A stretch of DNA of 63,742 nt, the filler included, from Phoronis australis (Eukaryota > Animalia > Phoronida): assembly GCA_002633005.1 (NCBI GenBank). It is 9 parts of 9 records of this genome, joined end to end, with 100 filler letters (N's around TTAATTAATTAA, not from the genome) between each part and the next. Parts side by side here need not be neighbours in the genome. Positions count along the whole stretch, not along the records: positions 45,749 to 51,202 come from NMRA01000969.1; positions 51,303 to 55,973 come from NMRA01002521.1; positions 56,074 to 60,622 come from NMRA01002554.1; positions 60,723 to 63,742 come from NMRA01000300.1; 5 more parts are not named here. The stretch is one strand, 5' to 3'. Below, in pieces: positions 51,051-63,742 of the stretch. The position numbers and the translations under genes are program-made. The number at the start of each line of letters is the position of its first letter. Position 1 is the first letter of the stretch. The notes below the pieces were generated by a model. The model saw nothing but the letters and a program-made list of their open reading frames with translations, did not search any database and was not told the DNA's origin.

Positions 51051-54000
51051 AAGACGTCAAAGGGCAGCTTCCGAATAATGAAAATTGCAATGGGCAAGGG
51101 CCCACTTCAATCATAATAATTTCATTCTGGAAGTGAACACGGTGGCTGAGTTTAACCCTGATAACAATGCTGAATACGATCAGCTACAATCATCAGAGTC
51201 GCNNNNNNNNNNNNNNNNNNNNNNNNNNNNNNNNNNNNNNNNNNNNTTAATTAATTAANNNNNNNNNNNNNNNNNNNNNNNNNNNNNNNNNNNNNNNNNN
51301 NNGCACGGCCACTTTACTGCATTAGTAACCTACCACTGGAAGAGATAGTGCTCAGGAAATTTGTTAATACTCACACACAATGATGTAATTGCAGTGAACA
51401 CTTACTATGACAAGAAATTTGCTAGGAAAATATGTACAAGAGAAATTCATTGCACAACATTCTATTTCATGTGTCTGAAAATCATTTGATTTTCTATGAT
51501 CCTTTAGGAGTTTCAAAAAATGTGGGGCAAGTCTCTTTTACATTAGGGGACCCCATGTTTGCCCAGTGTCGCATTTTTGATAGTCATGGAATAACATGGT
51601 TATGGAATAGCATTGAAATTAAAAATAAATTCAGTGTTCATGGTTGGAATTTTATCATAGAAGCCCATGTTTAAAACTTTTTAGCTTATGCTAGATTTGT
51701 TCTTTGATGTTAGCAAAGACAAAATATTTTTTAAAAACAAATCATTGCCCAGAGTGAGACAAGGTGTGTGACCGTAATGTCTGTTGAGGCGATGTCCTTA
51801 TATGGGCATGTTTTACAAAAGTTGGATTACAACTTTGGTTTGTTGTCACTATTGATGTTTTCAGTAATTCTCTGGTGACAAGAAAATAAATATGTTCTTG
51901 ATGAAACCTAAATGATACCAAACCTGGTTTTGGCCTATTAACAGATACTAAAAATGACTTTTCCATCTTGTTTTCTGAAACAAAATCATGAAGGTTGAAG
52001 CCAATGATGCATTAGCAGGTGACAGAATGAAGATTGGATGAAATCGTCAAAACAGGGTTTAGTATCCTGTTTAGTATCCTTTTAAGTTACATTTTGACTG
52101 ATAAAACAACTGCAATGGATATAATACAAAATACAATTTAGCTTAACATATTCATATTCAAAGTAATCACAAAAATACTGTGTTGAAGTTTCATGCAGCT
52201 ATTTTGGAGGTTAAGTTTAATAATAGAGAATTCACAGAGGTCTATTTGACTGCATAAACGTTTGATTTCCCTTTTCTGTAGTCTCTGGTACAGCTGAACT
52301 GAGGACTTGGAATGTCAGCTTGGATACACTTAGTTCCCGGTTCAGTTACTCTGTGAGATCAAACCAAAAGTTTAAAAAAAACCCCGAGTCTTGACAAAAT
52401 GGGCACAAGACAGGTCATTAAAATTTTAGTAGGTCACTCTAACCTAGCCTGACACGGACACACCAATGGGCCTGGGCCCGCTTTTTGGCTGAAGGGCAAA
52501 TACAAACCCCCAGAAAATGAACGATTTTATTTTTTTTTCATTTCTATCGACCACTGAGCGCAGAGATGATTTTCAACTTGTTTTTGGTATAGAATTCTAT
52601 TCAGAAAACTTGAACCTCCCTTTCGTAAAAGCCTGCATCCAACTCTGCAATCCTAATAAACTCTGAAGCGTTTTTCAGAGTCGCTGGTGGTTTTCATGTT
52701 CTTGTTGCCAAGGGAAATGGAATCCTATCTCGACAAGGATTATTACGAGACCAAGTTCATTAAAATAAAATACCTAATTCCATTATCGTTTTTAGCCAGC
52801 TAAACTCCAAATGCAGCTTTAACTACAAGTGATTTCTAACATCTGTTTGGAAAATTAAAGTATAAATTTCAAACGTGTAAAAAATTGTAACTTAAAGTAC
52901 AATACTCTGCATCAGTTGTCATTGTAAAGTATTCAACAAAATGTATCTACTTTGTTTATGAATGAAATATGTGCAATACGAAGTGGGCTAAAAAATTTTG
53001 GATACGAGATTACCTCGTGCACATACAACCTCTTAAAACCCACGTGTATGCAGCACTTCAAAAACCACTGTATTTCGCCCCAGTTTACCTGGGATTTTTT
53101 CCGGCATCAAAATCCCAGAACTAAATATCGCATGAACGCAAAAATTGTGGAATTTTTATCAAATTTTGTTGAATGTATTCCAAAAAATTAAGCACGCGAA
53201 AAATGTGATGATACACAACTGCCTATCTAAAATTTCCGACTATTGATAAATTAATCTGGTTATTGTTTTGGAAGGTCGTTTCTCCACAAATGCATCGAGT
53301 CACATGTGTCGGGCGTTCCTCATTTCAAGACAGACTAACACAAACAGTACTGCACATTTTTTGTTTTTTTTTGCTTTCACATTCATCACTAGTTGATATC
53401 TGTGCATATGGTTTGGCGGTCTAAGTTTTCAGATATAGTATTTTTATGCTGCTTTCAGTCACGCGGAAGATAGCTAGGGTAAGAACGTACGCTGCAAATC
53501 GTACGCATTTCTCGCCACGTGAACTCTGGCCAGGATTAAAGCGACATTTTTTAATATGTTGTTTACACAATTCCGGAAAGAATTAAGGCAATCATAAACC
53601 CAGTTTCGTGATAAAAAAACAACTTATTTTGATATACACGTCACCGCTATGAAATCGTTCCTTGGTCTAGTTAGATGTGATTTATACCCTAAAGTCACGC
53701 ACTAAGACCATACGTCTACATTCAATATAATGGGTTGTTTTAAGTTCCTAAGAATTTTTTTAATTAAATGTTTCGCTTATAGGCTCATGCACCTAAGCTC
53801 TACAATTAGGCGCATGCTTCTTTTATTGGTGCACCTTGGATGTTCTCCAAAAAAATTCACTAAACAGGCGAACAAGCAATATAGGCTCTTTAGACTTCGG
53901 CACTATGTCATTCTAAGAAGTTGTGCAAACTAGAAATGTTTGCTTTTTCACCAAACATCCAAAATATGCCTATATCCATGGTAAGTTGTTCTCAGACTTT

Positions 54001-55806
54001 CGCATGTGTGCATGCGCCAAGCAACACAGGTGCAGCTCAACAATTGAGCACGTAACGCGATTGGAATAAATTGACAATCCAATATTGTTTAAGGACAGGT
54101 TTCACAATTTAGCTTGTCACGGCTGGTCATTTTGTACTACGCTCATCACAAGCGACAACGAACTATCATTTCTTCCACCTCAGAGACCATTGTCTAGAAC
54201 AAGGTCATGAGATCAGTTTTATAGTGATAGGCGGTCTAAATCATCGGGGTTGATACCCCTTTAACTTTTTTCTGTCCCTTACTTGTTGAACTAAGTCTTC
54301 AATTATGCATTTGATTTATAAAAAATAATTGTCCCAGTGTTTGCTCTGTGGATGATATACGTTTACTGGTAACATACGTAGACGGCATCTTATCGTAATA
54401 AAATGTCACACTTTCTCAGTCGCGCGCGTCGAACTGTGCGTTCCACTTCTGAGCGTCATCTGCTGTCCTTTTACACTAAAAAACGTTAACGTCATCAAAA
54501 CCTCCAAAGATAATGATTGGGTGTCCATCTTATTGTTATTTCCAATACAAATAATGAACAAGTTTGCCTTTGGCACGAGGCACGAGGACCGTCGTGACAT
54601 CTTTTAAGTTGTAATGGATTTATGAGCCGTTATACCTCATTTATATGTATACATTTTTTTTTAATTTTAAAACAATTTTTATCTTTGGGGCAACACGTCC
54701 TATTATCTAAATTACTGTTCGCCATGCCCGTGTGTTAACAATTAATTGCAGTGTAAATGTTTGAGTCAATTTTTAAATAAAAACAAAGGCTAAAAGAGTG
54801 GGTAATTCAGCAATAAAATACTAACAAAGTGATATAATACTAAAATTAACATTTCAACTGCCGTATTCGATTAACATGTACCTAATATACCACCTTGCAA
54901 TAGTTATCAATTAGAGCTATAGAATCCGATGATTGTAGAATGTTTCCGAATGGTATGAACGCTCTCAAATTCCATATTCTTTTATTTTCCCGCAAATCCA
55001 TCAAAGCTCGCATGAACTGGGGCTAATGCGACACTTTCGAATCCGTAATTTTACGATTTCAGCCACAAGGTTAATAAACTTTGAAGCTTTTCTTGGGTCT
55101 TTGTTTTATCACACCCGTACATCGTATCTTGCGCTTATCCCGCCAAAAGGACTACCACAGCTGCGGCGTCAAATTTAGAATCAGGTGGTTAAAAAATTCC
55201 CCACCGTCGTCCCGGCCGCAATATTGAGCGCCCTGCATGCGGAGCTTTGGCGCATAGTAAAAAATCTTGCATTTTTTGCATATATAGTAGAATGTGCATA
55301 CGCGAAACACATGCCTGAGTGAGTAGAATTTTTTGTAAAAAATAGCCATCGTGTAGCCAGTCGGCCCCTTTGGTTTTGGGCACTAGCTCCCGGGCAGACA
55401 AAAGGCAGCAAGGTAGATTTGATACGTTTTTGAGATTCACTAGAATGAATAAATTGTTATATTGGGCATGGTAGAGTGTCCTATACCCCGAGTTTATATT
55501 ACGTGGTTCAAAATGGGTGCATGCTTTCATGTACTACCTCATCAGGCTAGACGCTTGTTACATTTAGCCCCGGCACTGGTCAGATTTTACTTATGTTTTT
55601 AAAACTGAAGTTGGAATATCATATTAAGAAACATTTTAACTTCTCATAATGCGGCAGTTCACTTTACACCGCTCAGTTTCGACATTTATTCCGGCACATT
55701 GTCCGGCGGGTACAGGTGAGCCCAAAATCCACCTGGACACAGCGCTACCTATCGTCAATTCACACGCATGCGCTCTTCGCACCATAGCAACCGGTGAAGT
55801 TTCAAG

Positions 55807-55846
55807 ATGGAGGACGAGAAGGAGTCCAATGCTCTTGACAAACCAG
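55807..55846 (+). CDS. Putative first coding exon of an unidentified gene (MEDEKESNALDKP)
   Basis: CAAGATGG start context, GTTAGT donor, CpG-rich upstream region with an RFX half-site CCATAGCAAC at 55782-55791. Confidence 0.4.
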
Positions 55847-57239
55847 GTTAGTAAATGGGGATTTTTGTGCTTAAGGGTGCTGAGATTGCAAATTTGAGAC
55901 TTTAAACAATATCAGCACGTTCTAGCATGTATATTGAGTTGGAAACACTGCGCAATAAATGTTAATAAATGAANNNNNNNNNNNNNNNNNNNNNNNNNNN
56001 NNNNNNNNNNNNNNNNNTTAATTAATTAANNNNNNNNNNNNNNNNNNNNNNNNNNNNNNNNNNNNNNNNNNNNTTACTTTAAACCAGATATGAGAATGGT
56101 CTTCCTGAGGTGTGCATGCGTGAATGAATGGTGTACTTATTTGTTTGTTTGTTTGTTTTTGTAATTGTTTTGTAAATGATAATAAATACATAAGTCAATT
56201 CAATCGAAATTTCAGTTCAAAGTCGAATTTTTAGCCTCAATGTTGGCAAACTAACACTAAAAAATTATCCAGTACGTAAGTCATTATGTACTCGAGCATA
56301 GAATAATAGAGACTTATCTCGAGTTCGCACAAAAGTAGAGTAGAAAATGCCAAACATAATTTCGAGTTCCATTTCGAGTAAAAAGATTAGAGACCGGGGC
56401 CCTGGAGTACGGTAATTCTTAATTCTTCGCACATTTCGCATAAATGCTGGACAAGTGAAATCGTATTTTCCATAATTAAATCCTTGACACTAATAAATCT
56501 CGCGACAGTTCAAGTCCATTATTACTTTGTTTCATACTGTGTTGAGATGTTAAGAACACCGTTTAGCAAAATTTCTGTTGTTTACGGAAAGGTAATCACA
56601 TTGAAAATTAGATGGAAAAATAATGTGACAATTTTGGAAGTCTACACAGGAGCGACTTTTGTCATTTATCACAGCTGAAAAAAAAAACGTACAGGAAGGA
56701 CATTGTCTCAACGATTTTAGCTTTTCAACCAGTGTTAATACTTCATCAAGTCAATTAGTTTTTACTTGAGTGGATACCCATAACAATTCTCGCGATTAGC
56801 AAAAATAAAATGAAACTCAACAAAATCCCGGATGTACCCTTGTGCCCGTCAACTACGTAGAATACAATTCTTTAAAGCTGTAGGCCTACTTCGGCTACTT
56901 CGACCCTGATTCGTTGTCAATGTTGACATTCTTAAACGAACCTGTAGGGTTCAAAAACAACCACGCTCATCCGACCTTGAATGAGCCCTCAACTCAGTCA
57001 CAGGTAATACGTGCATGAGCTTTAATTCAATATGTAATTTCAAGGCTGGTCAACCCCAGTAAGTTCTAACTGTTTTCTTGAGTCGCTAATGGTTTCAATT
57101 TTCTTGTTAGTAACGGAAATAGAACTATGCTATGGTAAGAAATATTAAGAGGTCGATTCTACGAAAGTATAAGGCCCACTTCAATTTTCGTTTTTCAGCC
57201 AGCTAAACAGGGCGAAATGCAACTTGAACAGCGGAAAGG

Positions 57240-57645
57240 CATACTATACAACAACTTGGACTACTCAGCTCCAATATCCAACAATTTACAAAGCTACCGT
57301 TCAACAGCATACTGCAGAACTTAGAGACCCCTCGTTACCAAAAATAGGATTGCCATACTGGTAGTGGAATGGATGTTTACATCTGGCGCCGTTATAGATT
57401 ATTGAAACCTATCGGCGGCCAGAGTTGAACAGAGACAGTGGTTACGAATTATCTGCCATTTACCTACTCCTCTCCACGAGCGACAGCCACCAGTAGGTGG
57501 TGTTTGACAACAGCCAAGCACCGACCAAAGGTGGCCTAGTGACACGGAGATCGGCGACAGTGCTCCGACGAAGAGCCCAAGATGCGCCCGAAAGCTAAGT
57601 TTTCAAATACACAGGCCGCCGATAGGTAACAATCTTTATTTTAAC
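57240..57645 (+). mobile_element. Penelope-like retroelement 3' remnant (GIY-YIG C-terminus and degraded hammerhead) in an intron
   Basis: RPELNRDSGYELSAIYLLL at about 57416-57472 is the typical LNRD.G.EL..IY end of Penelope ORFs. It is followed by CCGACGAAGAGCCC...GCCCGAAAGCT. Confidence 0.6.
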
Positions 57646-57664
57646 TGTTATACTAATTCTTTAC

Positions 57665-57758
57665 CTTATCTAGGGCCTTAAAGAGTGCAGTAACAGCATT
57701 ATCGTAGGCCTCCTGAGACTGCGCAAAGCCCGCTCTGTAAACGCCATTGTTGATGTCA
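57665..57758 (-). CDS. Glutathionyl-hydroquinone reductase (YqjG/ECM4-like, Xi-class GST), exon
   Basis: [31 protein letters not shown] contains the NNGVY..GFA..Q.AY motif. Phase 2-0. Confidence 0.9.
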
Positions 57759-58948
57759 CTGTAGCAAAAACACAATACCTTACAAATGCACACCACAAAA
57801 CCCCTATGAAAAACTGCTGAATCATCATTGTTTTTTAACATTTTTGATTGGTTTTGTGAATTGTTTGTAATTGGAACCATAGACTATAATCTATGTTGGA
57901 ACTGGACAAGATTCTACAAACACGTTGAGGTCATTGTCCCTTAATTGCCAATGTCTGAAATTTTTCTGGAAACACTAATTATTTTTTTTGAAATCTACCA
58001 AAGTATGTTGGTATTCACATCGTTTTTATCTGTGAGAAGATTGAGCGGTTTGTTAACACGTTTAATTGTTTTAGAAACTCACTGAGGCTTACGTGAAGAA
58101 AGCAGGGGAGGCCATCGAGTCGCGTCAGACTTTTTTTCATCTTTCACTTAAAAATCACTAAGACAGCATCTCATGACCTATTATTTTTTATTAGGATAAT
58201 AAAATTTTTATGGAAATTATCACAAGCAAAAGCATCAAAACTCAAGGAAAATGTTAACTAAAGGAAAATTCAGAATACGGCACCAGGACAGGCAAAATTA
58301 CGCCTTCACGGACCGCAAGAGCGTTTTGATTAAAAGACACGTTTTGCCATTGAATTTTGCATATAGTTATTTGTCTAATGAGTTACAGTTCTTTTCTGTA
58401 ATTATTTCATCACCACTTTCCACTTGTTCTGTACAGAAAGATTAAGCTGAAATTATACAGTATCTTCCAAAGTTTTCTCATTTAAGAGTGAGGGCCTCAG
58501 CTTCAGTTAAAAGGCGAACACATTAAAGTGTTTGATAACTACATCAGGGTCTGCGGGAAGCTTCATATGCAGGTGCACCCGGTACGAGCAATGTAGTCTG
58601 CTTTCGAGTTTTCGAATCATTGACTAAAATATTACCGGAAGGTGTTCTTTAACAAACTGTTTTAATTTTGTAGGTTTTTCCAAAAAAACTCAACTACCTC
58701 CAATTGTAAATATATGTAAGGCACGAATTATCAACCAATATCACATGCAAATGCCCCCATTTATCAATGCCGACTGATCCTGGATACAAGCAAAATGTAG
58801 TAGACTTAAGTCATTTCAAGAGTATGACTGCTCTACGATGAACCAAACCGGTCCAATGTCCTGAAAACATGGTATGGCGAATTTTGTTGTCATAAGAACT
58901 AAATACTGGAAACACTGGACATAATCTTGCATGGACAATGTTACTTAC

Positions 58949-59147
58949 GGGTAAATCCATTCATTCAAGCTGTCGATAGATTCCCTTAAATGTTCGGGGT
59001 AGAAATCAAGCTCTTGTTGCTCCACCATTGGACAAAAGGCGTTGAACTCCCTGTTCAACATTCGGATAATTTCACTCGACTCATTGTTGACAATTTTACC
59101 AGTAACTTTATCGAATAAAACGGGAACTGTTACCTTCCCAGTGAAAT
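58949..59147 (-). CDS. Glutathionyl-hydroquinone reductase (YqjG/ECM4-like), exon
   Basis: FTGKVTVPVLFDKVTGKIVNNESSEIIRMLNREFNAF...DFYPEHLRESIDSLNEWIYP contains the TVPVL.D and VNNES.EI.RM motifs. It splices in frame to the 57758 exon. Confidence 0.92.
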
Positions 59148-60722
59148 CTGTAAGAACAAAACTGCTAAGTTGTACGCAATAGGGTGTTAGACTGGCTTAA
59201 CATCAAAAAGTAGATCCTTGTTGGCACAGGAAATAAAATAATCAGCAATTCGAGTACAGTGTTAAAACATACTTGAAAGAATGCTTAATTTCAAGGTGTT
59301 TCTCAGGGAATTCTGAAGTCACTTACAAACTAGTTTGCCAATTCAGAATAAAACCACGGGGGACTGACAACGTACATGTACACAGTTTCTGTTTACAAGT
59401 CTGGAGTTCAAGAAGATATTGCTCAAAGGGCCAAACGAAAAAAATGAGACAAGAGTTTACAATTTCAGGTGTTCTATAGGCCGCAGACTAGCCCGTCCTT
59501 TGAAAGATTCTACATCTGGCCCGCCATCGCTTCGCCAAATACCTTTCGCTATCTATTTCACACAGAGCCTGGGGAGAGTTGCGTNAACTTTGGGTATGCT
59601 TGAGCGCCGTAAAAAAACGATGAATTTCAATAAAACAAAACATTTTTGCTGATAACATGTGGAAATACTAAAGATTGGCGCCATCATGAATGTTGAACAT
59701 TCCAGGGCATGCGCTGAGCTGCCTACCGGATGAAGACTTTTGATAGACTTCTCTTATGGATTCGAATCCGTTAATGGTGTCCTCTGTGCAGCCTTCTTTC
59801 TGGAAAAGTCAAGTTAGGTTTCATAAGCGGAGTACGGTAAAATCTCACCCATTTAGGACACACTATGGCGGACACATAAAATTTTGTTTTTGATTTGTCC
59901 ACGAAAGATATGTAGTAACAAAATAATGATTGTACATGTTCAACGCTTGCACCATACCTACCCCTAAACAATATTTTGGAAAATTGCAGCCATTCACAAC
60001 AATGTTTAAAGCTTTTGAAAAATGAAAAAAATGTCTATTGCTATGTCCGTGATTAATATGTGTCCGAAATTTGCGACATTTTACCGCAAGGTTTTGTTTA
60101 GGAGATCGACCAGTGGACGCAAAGTTTCGCCGAAGGTTAAGTAGTCTGGACCTTATCGGAAAGTTTGTATTTAGCCAGATGTTTACAAAACGTAGATTTT
60201 AACTCAGTGAAAGCATGTATTTTCTGGAACTAGAAAATCCGTAGAATTTGATATTTGATTTCATTAAGTATATATGGAAGACGGAGAGGTTCCATCTGAC
60301 TTTGTTTACGTTTGAAAGCTTCTAAACCTCCTCTTCAACTTGATCGAGTGACCGTAAAGTTACAAATTATGATCTTGGGATCAAGTGGGATTTCAATTCA
60401 AGCACAGTTAGAGACCGCGCTAGACATTAATTTATGGATTATTTTGAAGTGTACGAACTCGACGATTTCAGACGTGTGTAAGATTCTCAAGACGTCAGTG
60501 AGCATCCATAGGGCGCAACATAGGGGGCTGGGGGAAAGCTATAGCCCCCTCACTTTTTTAATGCAACGCCGGCCTTGGTCTATGGGCGGTGCACCGCAGG
60601 GAGGGCTGAGGGCTATAACCCCNNNNNNNNNNNNNNNNNNNNNNNNNNNNNNNNNNNNNNNNNNNNTTAATTAATTAANNNNNNNNNNNNNNNNNNNNNN
60701 NNNNNNNNNNNNNNNNNNNNNN

Positions 60723-60864
60723 TAACAGCGACACATTAACTATTTATCTTTAAAACATAAAAATAACAGCGACACATTAACTATTTATCTTTAAAACACA
60801 AAAATAACAGCGACACATTAACTATTTATCTTTAAAACATAAAAATAACAGCGACACATTAACT
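60723..60864. repeat. Minisatellite, 41-bp unit, about 3.5 copies
   Basis: TAACAGCGACACATTAACTATTTATCTTTAAAACAYAAAAA repeated, truncated at the contig start. Confidence 0.9.
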
Positions 60865-61414
60865 ACAATTCTTTGAGGCAGCCAATAAGGCCACGTGAGT
60901 GCGTTAAGAAGAATGTAATGTTCAGTAACATTGGCAAGAGAAACGTCATATTGTACGTACGCCATTTACATGGGCACGTTTGTCATTCGGCTTCACTTCC
61001 GCCGCGTCTGACGCTGTTGTCCCCCTTTCGGTCACAACGGTATTGTCGGTCTGGGCAACGAGACCTCGGTGTCTATGCAAGAAGAAAAGACGTAAGAATG
61101 ACGACAAAAAGGAAACTTAAGATGTGTGAATTCTCTATAGAAATGTTTAGCTCAATTGCGATGTTGCAACAAAGTTATCATTTGACTTGAGAAATTACAG
61201 TAAAACTTTTCACGCGCTTTTCAAAGGCAAGTTCCGATTTGCTTTGACGGTAAAACGGATAAGTACACTGAGGGATTTTCTGTATTGCGATTATTCAAGT
61301 TTGACTTCATAGTGGTTGTTTTAGAGGTAATTGTAGAATATTGAAACACTAAATTGCTTTGCACGATACACCCATAGATACAAAAGTAAAGGAGGCTACT
61401 GAATAATTCCTTAC

Positions 61415-61488
61415 CTTGGGATAGCGTTGGCAAACTCCATGGCGGTGCAGACTAACAGTGAGACTGTCAAAAACTTGAGGTTGTTCAT
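61415..61488 (-). CDS. Putative signal-peptide exon of an unidentified secreted protein
   Basis: MNNLKFLTVSLLVCTAMEFANAIPR has n/h/c regions and an ANA cleavage site. TTTACAG acceptor just upstream, GTAAGG donor. Confidence 0.55.
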
Positions 61489-63742
61489 CTTTTCTGTAAA
61501 CAAGGAGATAGGGCTGTTAAAATAAAACGTATCGTTTGTAAATGTATGCGCCGGGAACTTGTTCGTTGGTCGAGTACTGGACAGACAAGTTCGCAACAGG
61601 AGTGAGACAAGGGTGTGTACTACATCGTGTTCCTTAAACCAATTAGCAAAAATTCTAGATTTAAAAGTATACCAAACCCGATTTTGGCCTATTATAGAGA
61701 TTAAAAACAACTTCTCTGTAACAAAGTAATTCTCTGTAACCCTTTGACAACCTTCAAAAGTTTGGAGCAAAATTTGAAACCTTACAAATTCTGCTGAACG
61801 GGCAAGCGTGGCATAACAATAAGGAAATAACACCCACCAAGAACATAATGTCCAATTTGTGACACAGAGAGAATATTTTTTTACTGGAATCCTGCTTCTA
61901 ATACTCAAGTGGGACACCAGCAGGTGACAGCGAGGATTGGTTAAAATCCCCAAAACATGTTTTAGTATCATTTTAAAGAGATGACGGGTCGTTACTGCCT
62001 CGGACGAGATAGGTAATTAACTTCACTCCCTAACAGTTAAACAAATTGTCGTGTCACTGCAGACATACACAGGGGTTTGTAACCCCCATGAAAAGTTACT
62101 CATGTCAGAATATAGTGAAAAACATCGAAAGAAACATGCTTACATATACATAGAGTTATAATCAACACATACTATTACTCTGGAGACAATTTTGTCAAGA
62201 TGATTTGAACATATTGCAGTTCACCAAAGCTTTCCTAACCGGGTGCCTTTTGAGTAAGTTATGGGAAGTCACGCCTTTCGACGACCGAAAAGTCCAAGGG
62301 ACACAAATCCTAAAAATTCCGCCGAATATCATTTCAATAGAGTTTTAGCCAATGAAAGTGCTAGCATTTTCTCCTGCACTCATGTGAATCTGGTACCCCA
62401 CTTTTGAAAATATTCGGGAACGTAGTAGAGTATGAATACTGAGTCAAAGTTATGCATAATGGGATAAAATCTCACTAATTTCTGACAAGTAATAAGTAAG
62501 ATTTCACTTGTCCTCTATATTGGGTCCTAAATTCATAAGATTTTACCATATAAATAATTTCCAATGTAAAAACAGGAATTGTTTCATTTTCTGTAGAATG
62601 ACAGACGACGGGAGAGCTCAGCTCCGAAACAAGTGCTTGAGAATTTCTTGGCGACTCAAAACTATTTTGCGACGAGTCGTTGCCGTGTTTTCGGGCTATT
62701 GTACGGATGTCATTTTCACGTTTACTGTGTTTTGATTAAAAAAGCGAGATGCATATTGAAACAGGCTGCTACTTGACATTTCTAAGTTACGATCGTCGGG
62801 ATCGACAGTGCCACAGTGCGATATCGTCGGGGATATTACAATTCTTTGGATAATCAGGACATCTTACATGAAGAAATAAATATGCTTTCCACCACAAAGT
62901 TTGGTAAGTTGATCGGTTATAAACTAGTAAAAACAATTTCGCTATTTTATGACGTTTTCATCACGACTTAAACTAGTTCGCCGTAAGAGGAACAATCTAT
63001 AGCAATCGCAGGTGTACGAGGCTGTACACTTTGTTCCGTTCCTCCAAGGATGCTTTGCCTGTTTCCACGAACGAATGGTTTGTAATCGCGGTACCAAATC
63101 ACGTATGACCAACTTCGGCGATGTTTTTGATTAGTGACGTGTTATACACATACGCTGTAGGCGGATTTGGGGGGGGGCGAGGGCGGCCGCCCCCCCTTGG
63201 CTGTCGCAAAAAATAAAACAGCAAGAGCGTGAGGAAATATTGAGTTCATTAATTAACCCCGGTAATTAACATGCAGCTGAGGGGGGAGGGGGGTCCGACC
63301 CGATTGCAAGTGTCTGACTCAGACCACCTGCGCATCCGTTTTCCCGTTTTTCTTTCTTTTTTTTTCACTGTGATATATATTTATTGAAGGATACACAGAA
63401 CATACAAAGAAATAATAACAAACCCAGAAACCGCGAAGCATTATATCTGGGTTGTAAACAATTCATAAATGAAACTTATATACATGGAGGTATATACAAT
63501 TAAGTAGTATCTAAAATAAGTATTCCAATACTTAGACATGCTATTACAGATATATAAAAACAAAAATATTTACAGATTCATGTAGGGAAATCAGATGCAA
63601 CAATATTGATAAACGGTACATAAAAATTTGCTAACGTTGCTTAGGAGGAATTCGTTGAGAACAAAGTCAAGGTTAGGACTACCATTCAGTAATAATGTAA
63701 CTCTAGTAGGGATATTATTACAAGAATTGAGAGCGTTAACAA

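Noticed and set aside
21676-60722. Recurrent TTAATTAATTAA palindrome inside N runs, and apparent clustering of glutathione-related genes (GCLM, ABCC4-like, GS-hydroquinone reductase)
   Set aside because: The motif is an artificial six-frame-stop linker between unrelated contigs. Those genes sit on different contigs, so linkage cannot be inferred.

Overview
This is AT-rich, intron-containing eukaryotic DNA, most likely from a marine invertebrate animal. It is not one continuous locus: nine short contigs are joined by artificial 100-nt spacers (N44-TTAATTAATTAA-N44), so adjacency across a spacer means nothing. Recognisable host exons are a multi-ShKT secreted protein (3 exons), CCDC103 exon 1, LASP-family exon 1, three nucleolin-like N-terminal exons, one GCLM exon, ABCC4/MRP4-like exon 1, and two exons of a YqjG/ECM4-type glutathionyl-hydroquinone reductase. 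Mobile DNA dominates: a CR1/L2-type RT fragment, hAT-like MITEs, Penelope remnants, and two TTAA-flanked Kolobok-type DNA transposons, one apparently intact with a spliced 612-aa DDE transposase inside the nucleolin-like intron. The most striking feature (18052-21296, minus strand) is a decayed RAG1-like, Chapaev/Transib-related transposase. It carries the RAG1 central non-core motif, the RING finger, the ZFA finger and all DDE and Zn-binding core residues. It faces, tail to tail, a decayed two-exon THAP-domain gene rather than a RAG2-like gene. There are also two clusters of CTCF-like motifs, one with a fixed-spacer bipartite structure. All homology calls come from motif recognition by eye; no database searches were run.
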